24,904 nucleotides of DNA from an uncultured archaeon (GCA_964534625.1 CAZHRF010000014.1:7805-32708); one strand, 5' to 3'. Counted from the stretch's first letter, positions 1 through 8,466 are shown. The notes: generated from the sequence alone by a model not told the origin. Numbers and translations are program-made.

Positions 1-141
1 AACACTTTATTAGTAAATATGACTCTTGGGTTGTTCTTTTTTTACCTTAAAACTTTCTTAAAACCCTCGTCCTTCAAAATTATTGCCATCTTAACAACAT
101 TTATTATTCAATGGTCATTTAAACACTTACAGGCGATTTAA

Positions 142-492
142 GTGTCAGAAGAAATATTGAACCCAAATGAACAAATAGTTAAACAAGCTTCAGCCAAATA
201 TCAAATTCCTGGCGGAAGGATGGCTTTTAATGGAAAACTCATTTTAACAAATGAAAGACTTCTCTTTACTAAAGTTAAATCTTTTCTCTTCTTCTTCTTC
301 AGGAAAACAGTAGCCAGTGTCAATACCACCTTAGATCGAATAGAAGATGTTAAAACACGTGGTAAGATAAGAAAAAGCCTTATTGTTACATATAAGAAGA
401 ATGGGGAACAAAAAACTGCTTCCTTCAAAGTATCCGATGTAGATGAATGGGTAGCTATACTGGAAGAAAAAATCAGACCAGAGCTGCAATAA
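142..492 (+). CDS. GRAM/PH-like domain protein (116 aa)
   Basis: GTG start preceded by AGGCGA. Has the GRAM/bacterial-PH pattern 'GKLILTNERLLF...LDRIEDVK', a beta-rich body and the C-terminal helix 'DVDEWVAILEEKI' with the conserved Trp. Confidence 0.75.
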   Translation: MSEEILNPNEQIVKQASAKYQIPGGRMAFNGKLILTNERLLFTKVKSFLFFFFRKTVASVNTTLDRIEDVKTRGKIRKSLIVTYKKNGEQKTASFKVSDVDEWVAILEEKIRPELQ

Positions 493-498
493 TACTAT

Positions 499-514
499 CT
501 TTTCTCTTTTTTTC
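499..514 (+). terminator. oligo-T archaeal-type terminator candidate
   Basis: CTTTTCTCTTTTTTTC immediately after the stop at 492. Confidence 0.45.
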
Positions 515-562
515 ATGAACTATAAAGTGCATCTTAGTGCACTTTTCAACACTATGAGTATT

Positions 563-607
563 ACCTTAGAGGTATTTTTGGTTGTCAGGTGAGATAAACT
601 CTAAGGT
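563..607. repeat. short inverted-repeat element, copy A (MITE-like remnant)
   Basis: ACCTTAGAG (563-571) and CTCTAAGGT (599-607) form a perfect 9-bp inverted repeat. Positions 585-607 match 24131-24153 at 21 of 23 positions. Confidence 0.6.
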
Positions 608-826
608 TCATATTTTTTATCTGTGCTTGATACAACAAATGGGAACGGCAATGCAACTATTTCATTCCAAGTATAAATGGAATATTGGGTATTAAAATCA
701 TCAAAAAGGCGAAAGAGTAATTAAAAAACAAATATCAGTTAAAAATAAGTTTGTTACTTTTAGAAACAATTAAAGAAATGACAATAAGAAAAAAAAAGAA
801 AGAAAAGTAGATTTAATTCTTATTTT

Positions 827-1651
827 TTATTTTCTTTTTTTATTAATAACTGGAATAGCCAAGACAATGATGCCTACAAGTATGCCTATAGTACTGAATG
901 GAATACCATCGCTTTCACCAATGCCTAATGTAGGATCATGTACAAATCCACCATCGAATTTTTCATATGCTATGTAGGCTATTTTAGAATCATTACCGGG
1001 TAAAGTCAATCCAACATTGATGTTTCCAGCATCGGTAGTAGCTGTTTCTTCGACATCAAGAAAAGCGTCACCAAATTGAATAGAGTTTCCTTGGTCTTCA
1101 GCTGTTTCTGCATTATTGGCAGTAGTTAGACTAAAGGCTAAAACTAGCATAGCATTATCTGAACCACTTACGAATTCATAATTGTCTACAATTACATCAA
1201 ATTTGAATTCAGAAGCATTAGCTCCAAGATGATTGACAAAGATAAGATCAAAAGTTCCCATAACAGGGGCAAAAGATCCATCGCCAGTAATGTTGAATGT
1301 AGTTTCATCATCGTTTTCAACAACATCAGTAAAAATCCAATTCCATGAGGCTAAAGCTTGCTGGCTCTGAGGCACAGTTTGCTCTGTATCTGAATCAAAT
1401 TGATTGTTGTTATTGTCATCGATTATTTCGAACATATTATGGAATTGTACGCGATAGATAGTATTTTCATCGCCTGGTTTCCAAAATGAAAATTTAGGCA
1501 CATTTTGGCCTCCAGTGATTTCCAAAGCTATGTTTTCATTTTCTATTGATATGTTATTGGATGCTTGGAAAGCAGTAGAATTAATACCACTTAAAGAAAC
1601 CAATAATATTGTCAATACAAATCCCAAAGTTGGTAGGAGATATTTTTTCAT
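827..1651 (-). CDS. secreted, C-terminally membrane-anchored beta-rich surface protein (274 aa)
   Basis: N-terminal signal peptide (MKK plus hydrophobic stretch), acidic beta-rich ectodomain with a DDNNNNQFD loop and HDPTLG motif, then a C-terminal TM helix and basic tail (GIPFSTIGILVGIIVLAIPVINKKRK). Confidence 0.8.
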   Translation of the reverse strand: MKKYLLPTLGFVLTILLVSLSGINSTAFQASNNISIENENIALEITGGQNVPKFSFWKPGDENTIYRVQFHNMFEIIDDNNNNQFDSDTEQTVPQSQQALASWNWIFTDVVENDDETTFNITGDGSFAPVMGTFDLIFVNHLGANASEFKFDVIVDNYEFVSGSDNAMLVLAFSLTTANNAETAEDQGNSIQFGDAFLDVEETATTDAGNINVGLTLPGNDSKIAYIAYEKFDGGFVHDPTLGIGESDGIPFSTIGILVGIIVLAIPVINKKRK

Positions 1652-1790
1652 TGTATGTAATAATTGTTTTTAGTTATTTAATATGTTCTTATTTACCAAA
1701 TTAAAGATAAAGCATATTTATAATTCTAAAGCCGTTTAAAGCACTTTACAAATCTAAAGTTTAGGATAAAGAAAGAATTAGTATTTAGAT

Positions 1791-3065
1791 TTAGATTATT
1801 GTAAGAATAGCCCATAATGCGCAAATCATACCCATTAGCATAAAAACCACATCTAAAGTCGAGAATAACAAAATTATACCGATAAAAATAGGCGCCATTG
1901 TCATCCCCAAATATTTCATAGTATTGAAAATTGCTATTACCGCCCCAGAAATTTCTGGTGGCGATAACTTCGTCACTCGGTTATAGATTGTTGGAGAAAC
2001 GATCCCCATGCCCATTCCATAACATATAAAACTAAAAGCAACAAAAACACTGCCTTTTGGCCAAATGGGTAATAAAAGAAAGCTGAGGCTAATTATTATA
2101 TAACCAAGAAAGGCTCTTTTACGCCAATTTAAATATTTAGAAATAATTACTGCTCTTGAAGCCAATAAAGCTGCAAATAATGCGTGAACAGCAATTGCAA
2201 TCCCATTAAATATCTCATCAAATCCATGTGTCTTCATCAGATATGTTGAAGAATAAGAGATCAAGCCGTAAAGTAAAAAGTAAAGTACGAACGAATGGAA
2301 TATAATATTTCGAATATCCTTTATTTTCAATGCTTCCAAAAGTGAAGATAAATATTTCTTAAGAGAACTATGTGTGGTTTTTTCTACGTTCTGATTTATT
2401 AATTGAGAAGGTACATTCATGCTTTCTGATTGTTTATCTGAAATAGAAATAAAACTCGTTGCGTTCTCTGACCTTTTGTTTTGTTTAGTTTCAGGTATTA
2501 TAAAGTAGAATAGAATAGCTAAAATCAATGAAAATCCATACACTAAAAAAACATATTTCCAATTCAAAGCTGCAAGTGCTCCACCAATAAGAGGGATGAT
2601 AACTGCAGCAATGGCAATGCCAGCTGAAAGAAACCCTATCGTTTGTAATCTTTTATCTCCTGAAAACAAATCACCTATTATTGTCATTCCTACTGGAACC
2701 AACCCCGCGATACCAATTCCTTGAATGAAACGCAACAACAATAAGACATGAAAGGAAGGAGAAAGAATAATAGTTAATCCTGTTATTCCATCAATAAGCA
2801 GACAGGTAAGACCAACTTTTTTTCGACCCACAGTATCAATGAAATAGCCAATAACAGGGAGACTGATAGCTGCAGCCAGAGTGTAAATACTCAATATTAA
2901 TCCGAACTGATGTTCTGGTGCATTAAAAGCGGCACCTATAGTAGGTAAACCCGGGGCTACTAACCCTCCGCCCATAACTCCGAAAGCACCCATCAAGAGT
3001 AGTATTAAAACCACAAATTTTGAAGGGTGTTTTTCCTCATTCAAGCGTGTTTCGATATCTCCCAT
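1791..3065 (-). CDS. MFS transporter (DHA1/drug:H+ antiporter-like)
   Basis: About 12 hydrophobic segments in two halves around a hydrophilic central loop. Motif A is 'GYFIDTVGRKK', motif B is 'LLRFIQGIG' and a motif C-like 'IIPLIGGAL' is present. Confidence 0.92.
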   Translation of the reverse strand: MGDIETRLNEEKHPSKFVVLILLLMGAFGVMGGGLVAPGLPTIGAAFNAPEHQFGLILSIYTLAAAISLPVIGYFIDTVGRKKVGLTCLLIDGITGLTIILSPSFHVLLLLRFIQGIGIAGLVPVGMTIIGDLFSGDKRLQTIGFLSAGIAIAAVIIPLIGGALAALNWKYVFLVYGFSLILAILFYFIIPETKQNKRSENATSFISISDKQSESMNVPSQLINQNVEKTTHSSLKKYLSSLLEALKIKDIRNIIFHSFVLYFLLYGLISYSSTYLMKTHGFDEIFNGIAIAVHALFAALLASRAVIISKYLNWRKRAFLGYIIISLSFLLLPIWPKGSVFVAFSFICYGMGMGIVSPTIYNRVTKLSPPEISGAVIAIFNTMKYLGMTMAPIFIGIILLFSTLDVVFMLMGMICALWAILTII

Positions 3066-3183
3066 ACCCCCCTAAAACTCACATAAATTATAAAGATTAT
3101 CCTATGGAAGCAACTTAAGTGGTTATAATCGCTGTCTAAGCAGGTTTAAATAAAACAGAATAGAGTGAGAAAAATAGAAAAAA

Positions 3184-4002
3184 TTATTCTTGTCGTCTAC
3201 GCGGATTTAGATAAAATTCTTGTTCATGGTGGTCTAGTTTAAGTTCTTTACCACCGCGTATATTCTTAATAATTTTCTTAATATTGTTTTCTATTTCATC
3301 GAGAAATTCTATGACAGCAGCAAAAAGAATAATAGTCTGATAGAAAAGTTTCTCTTTCGCAAGATCTTCGTGATAAATAGAAATCTCGTATTTACCACCG
3401 ATATTGAGAAACTTACCATCAATCTCACCAACCAAGTTATTATGAATATCTTTGATATAGAAATCGTTGCCAAGAGTAAAGCGATTATCGTCGATCATAT
3501 AAGATCGGACAACCCCATCTTCAAAAAGCAAGTCAAAAGACCAAGTATCGCCCCGAAAAGCTCGCTTGTGCGGAACTTTATGTAATCTGACCACATAATC
3601 TTCACCATCAATGTTTACAAGAAAGACGGGAACTGGTTCATTAGCTGCATGAGAGATAGCAACACTTCTTCCTTCTTGAAGTTCTATTGTCCCTCGCCAG
3701 TAATTACTGGGTGTAAAAGATTTTATAACTAAGCGTTTATTCATTGGATCATCGGTATTCCATTTATCTTCTTTATAAGATAGGGGGCCATATTCTTCAC
3801 CATCTTTTTGTACCATTCCAAATATTTCACTACCTTCCGTCCATTGACGATCTTTAAAAGCTCTTCTTGCATCTTTAAAAACACCTATTTCTTCTGCATG
3901 TAGATCACTTGCCCAAACGTCAACTTCAAACTTTACTTTTGTTTCATTATCATTACTATTATTAAGATTATTATTTTTATTTCCTTTTTCTTCGTCTGAC
4001 AT
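3184..4002 (-). CDS. tubby C-terminal/LURP-one/scramblase-like beta-barrel protein (272 aa)
   Basis: The C-terminal pattern 'GNDFYIKDIHNNLVGEIDGKFLNIGGKYEISI...IILFAAVIEF' (strands followed by a hydrophobic central helix) is typical of the TULP/LURP-one superfamily. The N-terminal linker is Asn-rich. Confidence 0.6.
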   Translation of the reverse strand: MSDEEKGNKNNNLNNSNDNETKVKFEVDVWASDLHAEEIGVFKDARRAFKDRQWTEGSEIFGMVQKDGEEYGPLSYKEDKWNTDDPMNKRLVIKSFTPSNYWRGTIELQEGRSVAISHAANEPVPVFLVNIDGEDYVVRLHKVPHKRAFRGDTWSFDLLFEDGVVRSYMIDDNRFTLGNDFYIKDIHNNLVGEIDGKFLNIGGKYEISIYHEDLAKEKLFYQTIILFAAVIEFLDEIENNIKKIIKNIRGGKELKLDHHEQEFYLNPRRRQE

Positions 4003-4037
4003 AGATACTCTAGTTTAATTGTATGGAAAAATTTTTA

Positions 4038-4139
4038 TTAAGTTTTGCAATGACCAAATGCTCCCATTAGTAAGAATATTAAAAAAACAAATTGTGATAT
4101 CTGTTTTTCCTTATTCAAATTGGTTTCGATATCCTCCAT
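4038..4139 (-). pseudogene. truncated duplicate of the 5' end of the MFS gene (33 codons)
   Basis: Translates MEDIETNLNKEKQISQFVFLIFLLMGAFGHCKT*, versus MFS MGDIETRLNEEKHPSKFVVLILLLMGAFG (21/29 identical). About 40 nt of upstream DNA is also similar. Confidence 0.85.
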
Positions 4140-4240
4140 ACGCTCCTAAAATCACCCAAATTAAAAAAATTAATCTATAAAAGAGGATAAATTTTTCAGC
4201 TATCTTTACATGAAGGTATCTGAATGAATTTTGAAAAATA

Positions 4241-4423
4241 CTACACGTAATTATTTGTGTATTTTTCATAATGAACAAGATCTTTTAGTGGTTTCCTTGT
4301 TACTTTGGGTTCTTGGTTTGAATACCCAGTAGCAATCATACAGATCATTCTCAAATGCTTAGGTATATCGAGTATTTCTTTTACTTCTTCAATTGGCAAA
4401 TTCAGTACACTTGCCCAATATGT
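4241..4423 (-). pseudogene. C-terminal remnant of a nitroreductase-family gene
   Basis: Hand translation gives TYWASVLNLPIEEVKEILDIPKHLRMICMIATGYSNQEPKVTRKPLKDLVHYEKYTNNYV*, matching the nitroreductase tail pattern W...EEVKEILxIP...GY...RKPLxxLVHxExY. There is no start codon or N-terminal half upstream in frame. Confidence 0.8.
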
Positions 4424-4437
4424 AATATAGGACTGCT

Positions 4438-5577
4438 TTATTTCATTTTTCTTATTGTTCCTATAATTTCAGTTATTCCATTTTCCATTATTACTGATGT
4501 GAGTGTAATAAATGCTGGAAGAACACATCCGTTTCTCCTTTTTATTTTAACTGGAAATTCAGTAAAGGTTTCAAGCTGAAGTTTTTTTAATTGTGTGAGA
4601 TACATATTCTTATCATCAATACTATAATAAAAATCATCGATGGTTGTCTGTAGTAATTCTTCTTTACTGCCACACCCTAACAAGAAGATGGTTTTATCAT
4701 TCACATCTAACCATTTACCATCTTTTGATAATATAAATAGACAATGTTTAGAGTTAAGTAATATATTCTTATACCTTTCAACACTTATTTTCAACTGAGC
4801 TTCTATATTTTTCTGTTCATCAATGTCCATTTGAATTCCTATTACTCGTAAAGCAGTGCCATGTTCATCTCGTTCAACTACCTTTCCCATATCTAAGACC
4901 CATTTGTAGTCGCCACTTTTGGTTTTAAGCCTTCGCTCTGTCCGATAAATATTGGTTTTCCCTTGCAAATGCTCTTCTATTTTTGCATCTACATAATGCT
5001 TATCATCAGGGTGTACAAGTTTTTTCCATATGTCAACGTTTTGTTCAATCTCTTCAAGAGTGTAGCCTAACATATTTGCCCATATATCATTTAGATATGT
5101 TTTCCCTGTACGAATATCCCAATCCCAGAGTCCTAAATAGGCGCCTTTAATTGCAAAATCTAAACGCTCTTGCATTTTCTTTAACTCTTGCTCTACACGA
5201 TAATGATCAACAACTGTATTGATCGCATGAATTAGAATATCAAATGAAACAGGGTCGCCCTTTTGAATATACCTATTGGCTCCAAGATTTAAAGCTTCAA
5301 TCGCTACTTCCTCTCTTCCCTTTCCTGTAAAGAGTATGAAAGGGGTTGTAAGATGTTTTTCTTCTCTCAATATTTTAAGGAATTTTAAGCCATCACAGTT
5401 TTTCATCAGATAATCTGAAACAACAATATCAAAAGATTCAGTTATTATCAACTCAAGAGCTGAATCAACTGATTCCGTACTTACAATGTGGATTTTATCC
5501 GTTTTTTGTTCAATATAAATTTTAGTCAATTCAAGAAAAACTTCTTCATCATCGACATGCAACAGTTTGATGTCCAT
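4438..5577 (-). CDS. response regulator receiver + PAS/PAC + PAS protein, no output domain
   Basis: REC motifs 'LLHVDDE', 'DIVVSDYLM...DG', 'FTGKGREEVAIEALNLGANRYIQKG'. PAS_3 motifs 'GLWDWDI...VHPDD...RLKTKSGDYKWV...MDIDEQK', then a second PAS domain running to the stop. Confidence 0.9.
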   Translation of the reverse strand: MDIKLLHVDDEEVFLELTKIYIEQKTDKIHIVSTESVDSALELIITESFDIVVSDYLMKNCDGLKFLKILREEKHLTTPFILFTGKGREEVAIEALNLGANRYIQKGDPVSFDILIHAINTVVDHYRVEQELKKMQERLDFAIKGAYLGLWDWDIRTGKTYLNDIWANMLGYTLEEIEQNVDIWKKLVHPDDKHYVDAKIEEHLQGKTNIYRTERRLKTKSGDYKWVLDMGKVVERDEHGTALRVIGIQMDIDEQKNIEAQLKISVERYKNILLNSKHCLFILSKDGKWLDVNDKTIFLLGCGSKEELLQTTIDDFYYSIDDKNMYLTQLKKLQLETFTEFPVKIKRRNGCVLPAFITLTSVIMENGITEIIGTIRKMK

Positions 5578-5880
5578 TACTAACTAAAATTAAAAAACAT
5601 AGATAAACTTATGCCTTTTTTCGCCATTATTGAGCCATAGTTTTAATTTACTGTTTTAAACTATTTTTCATTAATTCTTATAATAGACCCTTTCTAGTTC
5701 TTATAATGGTCATTAATCAAATAGTACATTAATATTATATAAATGAGCGAGCTGCACTACCTACTATTTTTTGTTATACAAATTTATTAATTGTAGAATT
5801 GAACTAGGGATACCACAAGCTCATAGAGAAATATTAAAATAATAGTGGGTGAAAATGTATACAAGTTTCAACTTTAATAG

Positions 5881-6708
5881 TTGGTAGTGATCTATATGTA
5901 TAGTAAAAAAGTAATTAGAGCGGATATGGTTAATGATGCTGTATCCATGAAAGGTTTAGCACTTACTGCTTCATTTACAGCTTTAGTCTTTCTTTCCACT
6001 TCTTTGTTTTACATCGCTTTATCTTCCACAGGTTTTTTCAATTTAGGTGAAGTCTTTGTTTTTCTTGCTGCATTAATTGGAGGTCCTATTGTTGGAGGGA
6101 TAAGTGGGGGATTAGGAGCTGCAATGGCTGATATGGCCTTGGGATATGGTAGTTTTGCCCCTGCTACTGCAGTTTTAAAATTTCTAGAGGGATTTATAGC
6201 TGGTTTCTTGTTCAAATACTCTAAAAAACTAAATAAAAAGTATACATACAGTCTCAATACAGTAGTCTCAATATTCTTAATAGGGTTCTCTTCATTTTTC
6301 GTAAACACACAAATCGAATTAGGATTCGTAATACACACAATAACTGAAAATTACATCTCTATCCAAATACCAGGATATACATTATTGATTGTTGCTATTG
6401 TTCTGTCTACCTTTGTTTGGTTTACAACGGTGTTTTGGGATCAAAAAGGAAAAATGATTTTATCATGTTTTATGGGTGGAGTAGTTATAATCATTGGTTA
6501 TTTCTTATACGAATTAACACCCATCATAGGCCTTAATATGGCTACAGCAGCGAGTGAGATTCCTTTTAATATCGCTCAGGTGGTTTTTGGTACAGCAATA
6601 GCTGTTCCACTAGTAGCTTATCTAAACAAATTAGGAGCAATTGACACTAGTGTAATGGGATATCAAGAGGAAGCAGAAGATGTAAATCCTCAAAACCAAA
6701 ATAATTAA
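5881..6708 (+). CDS. ECF transporter S (substrate-binding) component; true start may be ATG 5896
   Basis: S-component pattern 'GFFNLGEVFVFLAALIGGPIVGGISGGLGAAMADMALGYGSFAPAT..KFLEG...EIPFNIAQ'. Lies directly upstream of ECF A-A' and T genes. Confidence 0.85.
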   Translation: MVVIYMYSKKVIRADMVNDAVSMKGLALTASFTALVFLSTSLFYIALSSTGFFNLGEVFVFLAALIGGPIVGGISGGLGAAMADMALGYGSFAPATAVLKFLEGFIAGFLFKYSKKLNKKYTYSLNTVVSIFLIGFSSFFVNTQIELGFVIHTITENYISIQIPGYTLLIVAIVLSTFVWFTTVFWDQKGKMILSCFMGGVVIIIGYFLYELTPIIGLNMATAASEIPFNIAQVVFGTAIAVPLVAYLNKLGAIDTSVMGYQEEAEDVNPQNQNN

Positions 6709-6807
6709 GGAGCATAGTATTTCACTAATCAAATTCACCATGCTCTCAACTTTTTTATTAGGTTTGTCTAAAATAGTCCAGAATACAAAAATCTACTCGC
6801 TAAAAAC

Positions 6808-8466
6808 TTGATGTGTAAAAACTTGATACCTAAAACTTCCCCTAAAATTACCCTTAAGAACCTCTTCGTTAAATATTCAGACAAGAATAAATGGATCTTA
6901 AAAGATATTAACTTAACTTTAGAACGAGGGGAATTTATACTGATAGCTGGTGCTAGCGGTAGTGGAAAAAGCACTCTAGCCAAAACACTTTTAGCTTTAC
7001 TTGAAACTTTCAAAAAAGGGTATAGAGAGGGAGCTATTTTTATTAATAATAAACCTCTAGAAGATTTGCAAAGAATTGAATTTGTACAGCAGATAGGATA
7101 CGTACCCCAATATCCAGCAGATTTTACGACATCTTTACTTGTTGAAGAAGAAATAGCCTTTCCTATGGAAAACCTTGCCATAGCACCTAATGAAATTAGG
7201 GAGGAAGTTGATACTAAATTATCCTTATTGCGCATCCTACATTTAAAGGAGCGTTTGATTCTCGAATTAAGTTCTGGAGAGTTACAACGAGTTGAAATCG
7301 CAACAGCTATGGCTACAAATCCTCGTATGTTGATTTTAGATGAACCCATGGCAAGAATAGACCCGAGGTCTGAAAGGATTCTTGCCAGAGATTTAAGGAA
7401 ATTAGCTGAAGAAGGGTATCTTATCCTGGTTTTTGAGCATCGAATTACTAATATATTGACTAAAGCTCATAGATTGATAATTTTAGAAAAAGGCAAAATT
7501 GTATCTGACGGTCAACCATTCGAAACGTTGGACAAATTAAGAAATGTTGATATTCCAGATTTAGCCTTATTAGATAAACGTTTGCTAAATGAAGATCAAC
7601 CCTTTGTTAAACAACATATTTTTGATAAATTGTCTAAAACAAAAAAATCTCTTACAAACAAACATATACCAGAACAGTATAAAGGTAAAAACATTATTAA
7701 AGTCGATGGTGTGCAATTTAGATATGATTCCAACAGCCCATGGATTTTAGATAACTTATCTTTATCAATTAGAACAGGACAAATTATTGGCCTACTTGGT
7801 TCTAATGGATCTGGCAAATCAACTTTACTTAAACTCATTGCAGGTATAATAAATGCAGATGAGGGGAGTTATTATTTGGAGGATAAAAAAGTTAAAAAAG
7901 TTAGACATACCAAAAATAAAGTCGTTTATATTCCCGAAAATGCTAAATTGTTTTTAATAGGTCCGACACCTTTAGATGATTTAACTAAATTAATAAAAGA
8001 TCGAGAAAAAGCTCAAGTGTTATTTGAAGCAAATTATTTGGATTATTTAATGAATAGAAAAATTTACCAAATGAGCGAAGGTGAACGGAGGTTAATAGCT
8101 CTCTTTATTGCTTTTCATTCGAAAGCTAAAATATTATTATTAGATGAACCAACAATCGGAATGGACAAAAAAGGTAGAGCATTATTTGAAAAATTGATTA
8201 AAAAAGCCCAAAGGGCGAATAGAATAGTAATTATCGCGAGTAATGATAATAGAATTAATTCCTATACGACAGATTTGATTATTTTAAGCAAGAACAAAAA
8301 GGTGATGTATGGAAAAACAAGAGATGTTCTGTATTCACTCAATGAGTATCCTAGTCTGGTACCTAATCAAGTGGTAAATTTAATACTTGAATTAGAGGAT
8401 TACTATAATGTTTCTCTTCCACATCCTATTTCTGTCTATGAGTTACAATTTTTATTGGAGGAATAA
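6808..8466 (+). CDS. ECF transporter ATPase with two fused NBDs (EcfA-A')
   Basis: Walker A GASGSGKS and GSNGSGKS, signatures LSSGE and MSEGE, Walker B LILDEP and LLLDEP, and the ECF-type 'VEEEIAFPMEN' motif. Confidence 0.92.
   Translation: MMCKNLIPKTSPKITLKNLFVKYSDKNKWILKDINLTLERGEFILIAGASGSGKSTLAKTLLALLETFKKGYREGAIFINNKPLEDLQRIEFVQQIGYVPQYPADFTTSLLVEEEIAFPMENLAIAPNEIREEVDTKLSLLRILHLKERLILELSSGELQRVEIATAMATNPRMLILDEPMARIDPRSERILARDLRKLAEEGYLILVFEHRITNILTKAHRLIILEKGKIVSDGQPFETLDKLRNVDIPDLALLDKRLLNEDQPFVKQHIFDKLSKTKKSLTNKHIPEQYKGKNIIKVDGVQFRYDSNSPWILDNLSLSIRTGQIIGLLGSNGSGKSTLLKLIAGIINADEGSYYLEDKKVKKVRHTKNKVVYIPENAKLFLIGPTPLDDLTKLIKDREKAQVLFEANYLDYLMNRKIYQMSEGERRLIALFIAFHSKAKILLLDEPTIGMDKKGRALFEKLIKKAQRANRIVIIASNDNRINSYTTDLIILSKNKKVMYGKTRDVLYSLNEYPSLVPNQVVNLILELEDYYNVSLPHPISVYELQFLLEE

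Noticed and set aside
605-724. Plus-strand peptide bits 'VLDTTNGNGNATISFQV*MEYWVLKSSKRRKSN*' resembling an Ig-like surface protein relic
   Set aside because: Too short and interrupted to distinguish from chance without a search.
4355-4579. Plus-strand 74-aa ORF containing CPIC
   Set aside because: It is antisense to the regulator's 3' end and the nitroreductase remnant, and a single CxxC is insufficient evidence.
5740-5880. Possible riboswitch upstream of the ECF S gene (ACTAGGGATACC, GGGTGAAA, ATGAGC/GCTCAT pairing)
   Set aside because: It lacks the TPP core (CTGAGA, ACCTG) and the FMN or cobalamin consensus blocks. The region is AT-rich with no convincing multi-stem fold.
6768-7349. 193-aa antisense ORF and other shadow ORFs (e.g. 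201-428, 6009-6338, 11886-12308, 20955-21401, 22699-22959)
   Set aside because: They overlap well-supported genes on the opposite strand and carry no recognisable motifs.
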